From Escherichia phage Andreotti, in sequence record MN850610.1: DNA of 64,000 nt; one strand, 5' to 3'. A model generated the notes under the pieces. It saw nothing but the letters and a program-made list of their open reading frames with translations. It was not told where the DNA came from and made no database searches. Of the stretch, positions 17,626-26,376 are shown piece by piece (position 1 is the first letter of the stretch; each line of letters begins with the position of its first letter). The translations under genes were made by a program, and so were the position numbers.

Positions 17626-18698
17626 TAAGGAACCTCTAAAAATCCACTATTCAAATCATCTACAACAGTATTCAACAGGTACGCACCGTTCTGTTGCTCC
17701 TGATTAGCATTCTGCTCTTTATCAATTTCCATCTTCTTAATCATGTACTTCAAAGGTGGTTCTTTGGGAGCTACAAAATCTCTTGGAATGCCAAACATAT
17801 CATACAGTGGGGCAGCATTATAGTAAACCCACTCATGAAGAAGCTTTGTATTTAAGCCAACTACAGCACGTCCTTCGGAGAAGATATAATACGACCATTT
17901 CTCTTCACTTTCAACTACTTCATCTAAGATTACTTTAATCTCTGGAAGAATCTGTTGAAAAGCTTTCTGCCACTCATCATCTCTTAAAGTTTCTTTTAAA
18001 ACTTCAATATCAATTTTAGTGTGAAGGATTTCGTCAAGCATAATTTTCTGTACCGCTTGAGCAATACCCTGAAATTTATCTTGAGCATCAAGTGCAAAAG
18101 TACATGCAAAGGATGCCATAAAAGATATACCTTCCAGTGCAGTCACTGCAAACAGACCTTTCAGAATCACTTTATGGAAGTGTAAAGGGTCTTTGTCCAG
18201 AAGTGAATCACGGACATAACTCAGTCGGTAGTTTATCCCTTCATCCAGTAATTCTTCAAGAACACGATTCACAGTTTTTAATCGGTCTTGCACAGCAACA
18301 TTCTGGTTAATCTCATCTAAGATTGTTTCAGGGTTTTTAATACATTGTCTTACAATCTCTGAGTAAGTAAGAGCATGTAGGTTTTCAATCTCAGACTGCT
18401 TCATAATTGCAGTTGCATAAATGTCATCAGAGATAAAAGGTGCAAAGGCAAATGCCAAGCTCTTAGCAACTTGAGTGTCTGCTTCCCATTGCCACTTAAG
18501 AATCTCAAGCATTACACCTGACATTGATGCTGGGACACTCTCAAAATCAAGACGTGATTGTTCAAAAGGGAACTCATCTTCTGACCAGTCTTGTGCTTTT
18601 TGTTGTTTATAAAGTTCAAAGATTTTTGGGTAGTGCTTATTGAGTGAGTCAAAAGTTTTTCTCTCACCACCTAAAAAGATTGGGTGCTGGTTAATCAT
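17625..18698 (-). CDS. nrdB: ribonucleotide reductase small subunit (class I R2)
   Basis: ferritin-like motif LFAVTALEGISFMASF; start moved to ATG at 18698 (MINQHPIF) because the track start is TTG and overlaps the upstream ORF. Confidence 0.7.
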   Translation of the reverse strand: MINQHPIFLGGERKTFDSLNKHYPKIFELYKQQKAQDWSEDEFPFEQSRLDFESVPASMSGVMLEILKWQWEADTQVAKSLAFAFAPFISDDIYATAIMKQSEIENLHALTYSEIVRQCIKNPETILDEINQNVAVQDRLKTVNRVLEELLDEGINYRLSYVRDSLLDKDPLHFHKVILKGLFAVTALEGISFMASFACTFALDAQDKFQGIAQAVQKIMLDEILHTKIDIEVLKETLRDDEWQKAFQQILPEIKVILDEVVESEEKWSYYIFSEGRAVVGLNTKLLHEWVYYNAAPLYDMFGIPRDFVAPKEPPLKYMIKKMEIDKEQNANQEQQNGAYLLNTVVDDLNSGFLEVP

Positions 18699-19036
18699 AG
18701 CGTGATTTCTCCTTTCTTTATCATTTCTAAGGCTTGTTTTCTGTCTAAAACTTCCCAATTTTCTTTGTTAAACATCTCATAAGGTCTTGCGTAGATTTTA
18801 CCATCTGCTATAGAGATGTAAGAGATACCAGCAACCCATGAGTCATCCTTTTGTTTTATCATCATATCTGTGCTACTCACATAGTACATCGTTTTCCGAG
18901 GCTTGTGGAGCAAGTATATAGGCCGCTCATGTTTTTCTATTAAATCTTTCATGGTCTCTCCAAAGTTATTTTTAGAGGGTCTTTTACGACCCTCATAATT
19001 GTTAAAACTAAACACCACAACCCTCGCAATAAGCAT
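18695..19036 (-). CDS. hypothetical protein between nrdA and nrdB; real start probably the internal ATG near 18952 (MKDLIEK)
   Basis: track ORF overlaps nrdA 3' end; internal ATG has GGAGAG Shine-Dalgarno. Confidence 0.35.
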   Translation of the reverse strand: MLIARVVVFSFNNYEGRKRPSKNNFGETMKDLIEKHERPIYLLHKPRKTMYYVSSTDMMIKQKDDSWVAGISYISIADGKIYARPYEMFNKENWEVLDRKQALEMIKKGEITL

Positions 19037-21242
19037 CTTGCAGTGCAGATTTACCTACACCAATGCGACTGTTAAGGTAGTACATGGTTTTCATACCTAC
19101 CGAGTTGGCATAAATCATGTACTTCAAAGCTTGAGCCAATGATACCTTCTTAGCTTTTGCGTAGTCAACATAGAAATCTGAAGAGATAGCTTGACCAGTG
19201 AACTTTTGAACAATTGCATAACAATCAATCAGGTCAAAGGTGTCAATACCCCAAGCAATTTCATAGACATACTTCAGTTCTTCATAATCTGGAACAATAA
19301 ACAGTACGTTACCGGTTGCAGACTTTTTAGTTAAAATAAAGTCACGAATTGGGTACAAGCCGTTTGTCGTATTAGTTGCTAGTGAAGAACTCTCATTAGG
19401 CATGTAAGCTTCTAATACAGAGTTTCGGATTCCACCATTTTCTTTGATACGTTGTGCTAAGTCATCCCAATCATATCGTAGTTTTGCATCATGCTTCTCA
19501 TCAATCTTCTTGTTGGCTGTCTTTGGAGGAACCCAGCCTTCAGGATACTTAGTGAACTTCATGTACTCTGGAACTCCACGCTCTTTAGCAAGTCTCAGAG
19601 AGGCTTCATGTAGATAGTAAGAGTGCATCTCTGCAAGTTCATGAAGCTTCGTTTTACCTGCTCGTGAAGAGTAGTTCACGTAGTTCTTCGCAAGGTAATG
19701 AGCCACATTTGTAAGGCCAATCCCAACAGAACGACGCTTCTGAACATGGTTACGCATCGACGGATACGGATAATCCATAAGGTCAATAACGGAGTCAACC
19801 ATTGCAAGAGCATAATAAGCAACGTCAGCGTATTCATCTTCTGAAATTCTCCCTGCAACCAAACTAGCTAGGAAGCAAAGAGCCACCTCACCATCCTCTT
19901 TCACAGCATCGTCTCTGTAAAGGTCTGTCTCTTTCTCAAAACCATACACTGGCAATACAATTTCCATACAAAGATTTGACATCTTCAATGGTTCTTTAAA
20001 TGGTGTATGTGTGTTTGCATTGTTGGTGAAGAATGGATACACACGACCTGTAGCATAACGCTGTTGAATAAACAGCTTAGCAATTTCACGAGCCTTGACT
20101 CGTCTGTGCTTAACACCTGAATGTACTGCATGACCAACTGCCATAGCAAACTCATCAGCAGATGCTGTGTAGAACATGTCATAGAGTTTTGGTGCATCTT
20201 TGTAAGAGAATAGCAACCAATCTGTATCATACTGAACACACTGCCAAAAATAATCGTTTGTGCCGAATGAATAGTCCATCTCATTAATACGTTTAGAAGG
20301 AACCGTTGTAGGGTGCTTCAAACGCAGTAAATCTTCAATCTGCGGGTCTAGAGCAGTGTAGAAGTTATTAGCTGAACCGCCACGACTCTTCTGTTTGTTT
20401 GCCTCTACAGATGAACGTACAAGCTTGTAATAAGGTAGTTTACCCATGTGCTCAATCGTATTTTGACGGATACCATCACCAATAGTACGTGTCTCCATCA
20501 GCATACCAATACCAGCTTGCTTTGTGGTCATATCATAAGCAACCTTTGCAGCAATACCAAGAGACTCAGCAGTATCATTTGCCTTAATCAAACAGCATGA
20601 CGCATAACCTGATTTAGTTGCTCTTAACCCGTTTAAATAGGGCGTAGGAGCGTTAATCTTCAGGTCAGATAGGTAAGTGTACAGCTTGATAACATCTTGC
20701 AGTCTACGGTGCTTTGGTTGCTTCTCAAAGGCTTTCATAGCCATACCCATGAACATAAATTGTGGTGACTCAAAAAGTCTTCCCGTTTTAATATCACGGA
20801 TACCATACTTGTCTCTGAACTGTTTCAAGACTGCATAACCGTAAGAGATATCTTTTGAGTGTACGATGTAACCTTGCAGGTATTCAAGCTCTTCCTGTGA
20901 ATAGTCCATCTTCTCCCAAAGTCCCGCCCTCTCCATGTTTTTAACGAAGGTAACCAGCGTAGGAACCTTAGTAAAACCTCCAAAGGCTTCTTTGTAGATA
21001 ATTCCTAGAAGTAGCCGTCCAGCCATATCTGAGTACTCTTGAGTTTGTTTATCAACACAAACATCAATCATGGCTTGGTGCATCTCTTTTGTAGTGCAAC
21101 CTTCATAGACACGTTTCATGGCTTCCATAGTGACTTCTGACCAGATAATACCACGCTTATCTGCCCATGATGCCCACTTATTCAGTCTTTCTGGGTCAAA
21201 GTTTACTACTGTACCGTTTGATTTTTTAATTGTCTTAATCAT
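19008..21242 (-). CDS. nrdA: ribonucleotide reductase large subunit (class I R1)
   Basis: 744 aa; active-site region MSNLCMEIVLP; C-terminal CEGCGV redox tail. Confidence 0.75.
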   Translation of the reverse strand: MIKTIKKSNGTVVNFDPERLNKWASWADKRGIIWSEVTMEAMKRVYEGCTTKEMHQAMIDVCVDKQTQEYSDMAGRLLLGIIYKEAFGGFTKVPTLVTFVKNMERAGLWEKMDYSQEELEYLQGYIVHSKDISYGYAVLKQFRDKYGIRDIKTGRLFESPQFMFMGMAMKAFEKQPKHRRLQDVIKLYTYLSDLKINAPTPYLNGLRATKSGYASCCLIKANDTAESLGIAAKVAYDMTTKQAGIGMLMETRTIGDGIRQNTIEHMGKLPYYKLVRSSVEANKQKSRGGSANNFYTALDPQIEDLLRLKHPTTVPSKRINEMDYSFGTNDYFWQCVQYDTDWLLFSYKDAPKLYDMFYTASADEFAMAVGHAVHSGVKHRRVKAREIAKLFIQQRYATGRVYPFFTNNANTHTPFKEPLKMSNLCMEIVLPVYGFEKETDLYRDDAVKEDGEVALCFLASLVAGRISEDEYADVAYYALAMVDSVIDLMDYPYPSMRNHVQKRRSVGIGLTNVAHYLAKNYVNYSSRAGKTKLHELAEMHSYYLHEASLRLAKERGVPEYMKFTKYPEGWVPPKTANKKIDEKHDAKLRYDWDDLAQRIKENGGIRNSVLEAYMPNESSSLATNTTNGLYPIRDFILTKKSATGNVLFIVPDYEELKYVYEIAWGIDTFDLIDCYAIVQKFTGQAISSDFYVDYAKAKKVSLAQALKYMIYANSVGMKTMYYLNSRIGVGKSALQDAYCEGCGV

Positions 21243-21261
21243 TTTTTGAATCCTACAGATG

Positions 21262-21284
21262 AAAAGAGCCTCCGAAGAGGCTCC
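21262..21284 (-). terminator. intrinsic terminator (gagcctc-cgaa-gaggctc plus U-run)
   Basis: A-run then hairpin on plus strand downstream of gene ending 21290. Confidence 0.5.
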
Positions 21285-21289
21285 CTAGT

Positions 21290-21625
21290 TTAAATCTTGA
21301 AAATTTGCTCATTCTGCCACATATCGTAAAACTTATCACTTACCTTTGTGACTGAAGAAGTGTGCATACAGTTCAGGAACCACGATGGTGTATTACCATT
21401 CATAATTGCTTCAAGCTCTTGTGCAGTGCTCTCATCCATGTCTGCAACAACGTAATTACCTCGTATCTTGCAAACAATTCTTCCAAACAAGATTGCACTT
21501 CTGCCTCTTCGGTCATCACAGTACATAACTGTGTCCCCGTGCTTAACATCTTGTCCGATACTATCAACACCTAATTTAGCACCTGAGATAATGTCATCAT
21601 AAGATAGCTTTTTTGCTTTAGACAC
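21290..21625 (-). CDS. hypothetical protein
   Basis: co-directional ORF. Confidence 0.45.
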   Translation of the reverse strand: MSKAKKLSYDDIISGAKLGVDSIGQDVKHGDTVMYCDDRRGRSAILFGRIVCKIRGNYVVADMDESTAQELEAIMNGNTPSWFLNCMHTSSVTKVSDKFYDMWQNEQIFKI

Positions 21626-21950
21626 GGTATTTCTCCAAGTTTCTTTTTAGATACAACCAACCATAGTCAGTCCTTTCTACACCCATAAAGAGCGGAGCCA
21701 TCACAACTTTACCGAAAGTATTCCTGTGTTGGCAGATTTCAAAGGAATACTCTTTCTCGATATCAATCCCATATTTGTACAGGACTGCTTTTAAAACTTG
21801 TTCATTATCCAGAAGTGTATCTGGAGTCTCACCATACTTCTCAAGTAACGGGTCATACATAAACACCGTCATAGAAATATTGTAGTTTGAGAAGTGGCTC
21901 TTCTGAGCCACACCTTCTTTATTAATGTTCTGTGAATCCATTATAACCAA
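21618..21950 (-). CDS. hypothetical protein
   Basis: co-directional ORF. Confidence 0.45.
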   Translation of the reverse strand: MVIMDSQNINKEGVAQKSHFSNYNISMTVFMYDPLLEKYGETPDTLLDNEQVLKAVLYKYGIDIEKEYSFEICQHRNTFGKVVMAPLFMGVERTDYGWLYLKRNLEKYRV

Positions 21951-22677
21951 CCCCTTTTAACCAGCACTTCAGGTTATTAGCATCATAATTCAGTTTCGGG
22001 TATGAGGTTACATGGAACTGCTCACCATCATAGTAGACAATATCTGCAATCCATAGTCCGTTCTCTTTACAGAAGTCTTTATCTGCTTTAGAGGTAATTG
22101 GATTAACTTCTACAAAACCATCTACACCCAAATCCTTTAAGCTACCTACAATACCTTTGCAGATAACGCATGTCTCAGATACTACCACAAAAAGTTCTTG
22201 GCTTTCAAGCTCTACAATGTATTCACCAAGCTGTACTTTAGGGAGATTTGATTGCTTCATAATCTTCCCATCGTCTGCACGGACAATCGCATACCACTCT
22301 TTACCATCAACCACTGACATTCGAATAATACACTCTTGACCAGTACGCTTCTCAATATCTGCAAGACGTTTTAAAGCTTCTTCATAGTCATCTGTGTACT
22401 TCAGGTCATTATTATGGCAAACAGCTTTCATAGCACCGTTATGGTCATGTTGTGACAGGTAAATCAAACCGTCAAGAACATATTGCAAATCTGCCTGAGC
22501 ATCCAGTGTCTCAATGGGGTCTTTCTCTTCAATTGCTTTTACAAGCTCTTTTGCTTCTTCAAGCATACACAGAGATTGAGATTTTAAAGATTCCCAATAC
22601 TCATTACTGTAAGGTTGCTTTTGAGTGTTTCCACAACGAAGGTTCCAGTTTTTTACTGATTCTCTTGAGTTAAACAT
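21922..22677 (-). CDS. hypothetical protein
   Basis: co-directional ORF. Confidence 0.45.
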   Translation of the reverse strand: MFNSRESVKNWNLRCGNTQKQPYSNEYWESLKSQSLCMLEEAKELVKAIEEKDPIETLDAQADLQYVLDGLIYLSQHDHNGAMKAVCHNNDLKYTDDYEEALKRLADIEKRTGQECIIRMSVVDGKEWYAIVRADDGKIMKQSNLPKVQLGEYIVELESQELFVVVSETCVICKGIVGSLKDLGVDGFVEVNPITSKADKDFCKENGLWIADIVYYDGEQFHVTSYPKLNYDANNLKCWLKGVGYNGFTEH

Positions 22678-22901
22678 TCGGACTCCTTAAAATATCTGTT
22701 AACTTTTAGCTCTCGTGTTTCAATATATTCTAGATGCTCACGTAGCTCTTGACGTTTAAGCATTAGGTGCTGCATTTGTGATTCAACGGCTTCAACTTCT
22801 TTAATTATTGACTCTCTAGCATTTGCAAGAATGCGCTCAAGTTCTTCAATCTTACTGTCAACTTTTGCTACATGACTCACAGCTTTGCTTTTGTTAAACA
22901 T
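22653..22901 (-). CDS. small coiled-coil protein
   Basis: heptad-like charged helical sequence. Confidence 0.4.
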   Translation of the reverse strand: MFNKSKAVSHVAKVDSKIEELERILANARESIIKEVEAVESQMQHLMLKRQELREHLEYIETRELKVNRYFKESECLTQENQ

Positions 22902-22922
22902 TTTATTCTCTCTTAATAGTTA

Positions 22923-23423
22923 TCAAGCACAATTTGCTTTCATTACCTTATGGATTCTTTTTTCAGCATCTTCATAAGTTTCTTTAGTAATAAACTTAAT
23001 TGCTGCAATATTGGCATTGTAGAAGAGTCTGAGCTTCGAGTCAATCCTTTTTGTCATTACATCGAACTTATGCTGAAGGTTTGCTTCACCATAAACTAGG
23101 CCACCTTTTGTGTAGTAGGTTTGGATAATGTAAAAATCAAAAGATTCCTTTCCAAAGCTCTCAATATCTTTTTTAATATACTCAGAAGAAGTTTCATAAG
23201 TCATCCAATCACTCTCCTTAGTGACTACCTTCTTCCGAGTCTTCCCAGCAACTTTTCTTTTGGTCACACTATTAAGCTGCTTCTTACCCAAATAGTACTG
23301 TCCAGTCTTTTTGCAGTACACTAGGTAGACAAAACCAAAGTGCTTTGCTGGGTCAACTTCACCACATAGTGAAACCCAATGTCCATATTCAGGGCAATTG
23401 CCAAAACCTTTAACTTTAATCAT
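22923..23423 (-). CDS. GIY-YIG-type endonuclease-like protein (possible homing endonuclease)
   Basis: N-terminal FGFVYLVYCKKTGQYYLGKK resembles the GIY...YIG module. Confidence 0.4.
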   Translation of the reverse strand: MIKVKGFGNCPEYGHWVSLCGEVDPAKHFGFVYLVYCKKTGQYYLGKKQLNSVTKRKVAGKTRKKVVTKESDWMTYETSSEYIKKDIESFGKESFDFYIIQTYYTKGGLVYGEANLQHKFDVMTKRIDSKLRLFYNANIAAIKFITKETYEDAEKRIHKVMKANCA

Positions 23424-23956
23424 TCATGAGCTTCTCCGTGATTTGTAAACTCTCTATGGAGTTCTTCTCTTTTCTTTTTGACAACTGATTCAGCCTCAGT
23501 GATAGAGTCAAATAAACCTAGATGGTAGCATACTTTATTATGCTTGACTTGTGCAGCCCACCTACCCCTTTGCTTGTGGTAATATACACCCTTCACACCA
23601 GACTTATTATCTTTTCTTTTGACTGCATTGCAGTTGTTGTCTGACCTGCTACACTCTCTCAAATTGTCGAACCAGTTGTCGTGCCTGATACCATTCTTGT
23701 GGTCAACAAATTTTGGGAGGTATCCTTTCATATACAAGAATGCCAGTCTGTGTGCTGCATATCTTTTTCCGAAGAGTTTTATATAAATATAACCACTATG
23801 ATGTTTAAGACCTGCTACTGAGCCAGCTTTGGCCTTACCTTTTCTACCAACTAACCAAGTAAAGACCCCTGTTTCGGGGTCATAGTGCAGGTATTCTTTA
23901 AGAGTTTGTTGAGTTAACATTTGGTGTCCACCCATACTTATCAAAAGTGAAATCAT
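23420..23956 (-). CDS. HNH homing endonuclease (AP2-like C-terminal domain), paralog of 33512-34024
   Basis: HNH region FVDHKNGIRHDNWFDNLRECSRSDN; shares N-terminal YDPETGVFTW with the other HNH gene. Confidence 0.6.
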   Translation of the reverse strand: MISLLISMGGHQMLTQQTLKEYLHYDPETGVFTWLVGRKGKAKAGSVAGLKHHSGYIYIKLFGKRYAAHRLAFLYMKGYLPKFVDHKNGIRHDNWFDNLRECSRSDNNCNAVKRKDNKSGVKGVYYHKQRGRWAAQVKHNKVCYHLGLFDSITEAESVVKKKREELHREFTNHGEAHE

Positions 23957-24944
23957 CTTTCTTGTTTCTTTCCTGATAAGCTAAGAAAAAGTGTTGCTGC
24001 ATTAGCTCTAAGGGTGTTCTGGTAATTGTTTGACCATCCCACGAGACATAAGTGTATGACTCTTTCTTAGCATAAAGCTCATAAATTGCATCAAGACACT
24101 CTTTGTAAGTGGTTTTACCTTCAAGGGCTTTCATTATAGTAACCTTACCAACACCCTTTAAACCAAAATAGTTATCCGCATTATCACCAGCCACAGCTTG
24201 GTAACAAAGAAATTTAAAACCTACCCCAACTGTCTTCTTAGCTTTTGGTGTCGATTTTATTGGGCAATCCCAAATTTCACCAACGTTGTTATCAGCAATG
24301 AAAATCAAAGGTGACTTTTCATAGGTCATATCAATGCAGTAAGTCCCTTCAGCTTGGCGAAGGTCTTTATCAATACTCATTAAGGCAGCCTTTTTTCCCA
24401 TCTTTTCAGCTTTAGCAATAACGATAGAGTCTGCTTCAAATCCATCAAGAATTAGTTTGAACTCTGGTCTTGACAGAAGATACTCACGACAAGCGACTAA
24501 GTGTGTTGGTGTGACAGCATCTTTACGGTTACCTTGATATTGGTGTTCAAGACCTTTAATGTCTTTATGTTTATGCACACCTTTCTCTGTTAAATAACCT
24601 ACCCAAGTTCTTTCTTTACCCACAATCTTAAGCCATTCCTGAAGAACCTGTTGAGTAGCCATGATAGCTTCTTTTTCACTCTTAGCTTCTTTCCAAGTCT
24701 GTCTTTCCCATTCATCTTCATCAAATGTCAGGCCAAGTTCTTCCACAAGGATTCTCTGGTCTGCTAACCATCTTGCAGCGTCTTTCGCATTATCAAATGG
24801 TTCAGATTCCTCTGCTGTGAGTTTATTGACATATTTATATTTTGCTTTCTCAACTACACAAGCACCTTTATAGGCAATACTGTCAGAGTCGATAAAAACA
24901 TGTGTAACTGAATCGGGAAGTTTTGGTAATGTGTACTTCTCCAT
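23898..24944 (-). CDS. 5'-3' exonuclease / flap endonuclease (RNase H-like)
   Basis: FEN motifs VFIDSDSIAY, LILDGFEADSIVIA and LMSIDKDLRQ. Confidence 0.6.
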   Translation of the reverse strand: MEKYTLPKLPDSVTHVFIDSDSIAYKGACVVEKAKYKYVNKLTAEESEPFDNAKDAARWLADQRILVEELGLTFDEDEWERQTWKEAKSEKEAIMATQQVLQEWLKIVGKERTWVGYLTEKGVHKHKDIKGLEHQYQGNRKDAVTPTHLVACREYLLSRPEFKLILDGFEADSIVIAKAEKMGKKAALMSIDKDLRQAEGTYCIDMTYEKSPLIFIADNNVGEIWDCPIKSTPKAKKTVGVGFKFLCYQAVAGDNADNYFGLKGVGKVTIMKALEGKTTYKECLDAIYELYAKKESYTYVSWDGQTITRTPLELMQQHFFLAYQERNKKDDFTFDKYGWTPNVNSTNS

Positions 24945-24960
24945 TATGGCTCTCCATATG

Positions 24961-24988
24961 AAAAAGCCCCATACTAAGTACAGGGCTT
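24961..24988 (-). terminator. intrinsic terminator-like hairpin plus U-run
   Basis: A5 then agcccc...agggct hairpin on plus strand downstream of gene ending 25007. Confidence 0.4.
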
Positions 24989-25006
24989 TAAAGTAACTTT
25001 TAGAGA

Positions 25007-25864
25007 TTAGTCTTCTGTATCGAAGTCTTCATCTTCTTCGTCATCTGGGTCTGGCAAGTCTTCATCATCACCATCATCAGAATCGTTCGAAGGTTTGTGG
25101 TCTTTTGCGTCTTCTTCAGTGATTTCACCGTTATCTTCAACACCATCAAGACCAAGCATAGCCAGTTCATCTTCATCCAGTTCAGGTTCACCATTAGCAC
25201 CGTTACCACCAGTGTAAGGTACAAGAGTATCAATGATAAACTGTTCCTGAATAGGTTTTGTCAGAACATTGTTCTCAAAAGTGTAGAAGTGAGTAGAGAG
25301 AATCACACTACCGAAAGAACCGTTACCAACTGCAATATCTGGATGAATTACATCATAGTTCTTGTCATCTTCATGTTTATCAGATGCTTGAGCTTTGATT
25401 TTCTTCATCGGCTGTTTAACAGCTACACGCTTACCATTTACTTCTTCAATCAGCATTACAGGGAATGACTGTTTAGCTGTCCATACAGCACCATCTTTAT
25501 AAGCTGCTGCACGACTTACTTTCAAGATGTAGTAAGTGTCTGCTTCAAATGGTGGTTTGCAGCCAAACTTCTCTTCGAAGTCATCTGCATCAACTGCTTC
25601 AGTAGTAACTTTATCCCAACCTTCTGGGTTCTTCTTAGACTTAGTAAACTCTTTAAAGAGTTTGTTACCGTCTTCTGCCAGAATTGATACGCTGTAGTTA
25701 CAGTCTTTGCCTGGGAATTTCTTATCAATAGACTTACCTTTTCCCGGACGTGGTGAAGTGTTCAGGTAATAAAACCAGACATCTTTCAGCAGGTAACGCA
25801 GAGTTTGACGTTCAGTACCATTGTACTTCTCTACCGGAGCTTTCATTTTAACAACTTTAGACAT
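25007..25864 (-). CDS. ssDNA-binding protein candidate with acidic C-terminal tail
   Basis: C-terminus DGDDEDLPDPDDEEDEDFDTED, reminiscent of phage SSB tails; sits beside the primase-helicase gene. Confidence 0.35.
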   Translation of the reverse strand: MSKVVKMKAPVEKYNGTERQTLRYLLKDVWFYYLNTSPRPGKGKSIDKKFPGKDCNYSVSILAEDGNKLFKEFTKSKKNPEGWDKVTTEAVDADDFEEKFGCKPPFEADTYYILKVSRAAAYKDGAVWTAKQSFPVMLIEEVNGKRVAVKQPMKKIKAQASDKHEDDKNYDVIHPDIAVGNGSFGSVILSTHFYTFENNVLTKPIQEQFIIDTLVPYTGGNGANGEPELDEDELAMLGLDGVEDNGEITEEDAKDHKPSNDSDDGDDEDLPDPDDEEDEDFDTED

Positions 25865-25936
25865 TATTTAAACCTCTATCTCAATTTATGAAGAGTACCA
25901 ATTCTAGTTTGTTGATACTCTATTGTCAAATACTAA

Positions 25937-26086
25937 TTACTGGAAGTTGTGCTTATCTTTAGAAGCTGCTTTACGTGCAGTTTTTCCAGTTCTTACACGT
26001 TTTTCTTCATAGTATTTTGCTGGTTTTCCAGCAGTGGCTTTTAAGGAATCCCCAAAAACTTTTTCAAATGCTTTAGAGTGTTTCAT
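25937..26086 (-). CDS. small basic protein (49 aa, not in ORF track)
   Basis: hand-translated MKHSKAFEKVFGDSLKATAGKPAKYYEEKRVRTGKTARKAASKDKHNFQ; GGAGA Shine-Dalgarno; ATGA overlap with upstream stop. Confidence 0.3.
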   Translation of the reverse strand: MKHSKAFEKVFGDSLKATAGKPAKYYEEKRVRTGKTARKAASKDKHNFQ

Positions 26087-26376
26087 GATATTCTCCGATA
26101 TACTTGATATTCAAACACATTCTCTTTAATTATAAACAGCCAACTAATATTATGCTGAGGCAGCGCAATGATGACTGTAATCATGCTTTGGTGGAAATCT
26201 TCTTTTATCTCAACTTCCCCGTCGCATTTCATAAGGAGCATTCTATAGAACCTATCAATCTTTGTCAAACACTCTTCCTGAAATTTATTTAAACTTTTTT
26301 CTTCAAAGAAGGGTGTGAACCCCTCTCTTTTATAACTATCACTCAGTTTCGAATGGGCAGTCATCTGCATCCTCAC
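26083..26376 (-). CDS. hypothetical protein (start uncertain; overlaps primase-helicase 3' end)
   Basis: co-directional ORF. Confidence 0.3.
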   Translation of the reverse strand: MRMQMTAHSKLSDSYKREGFTPFFEEKSLNKFQEECLTKIDRFYRMLLMKCDGEVEIKEDFHQSMITVIIALPQHNISWLFIIKENVFEYQVYRRIS

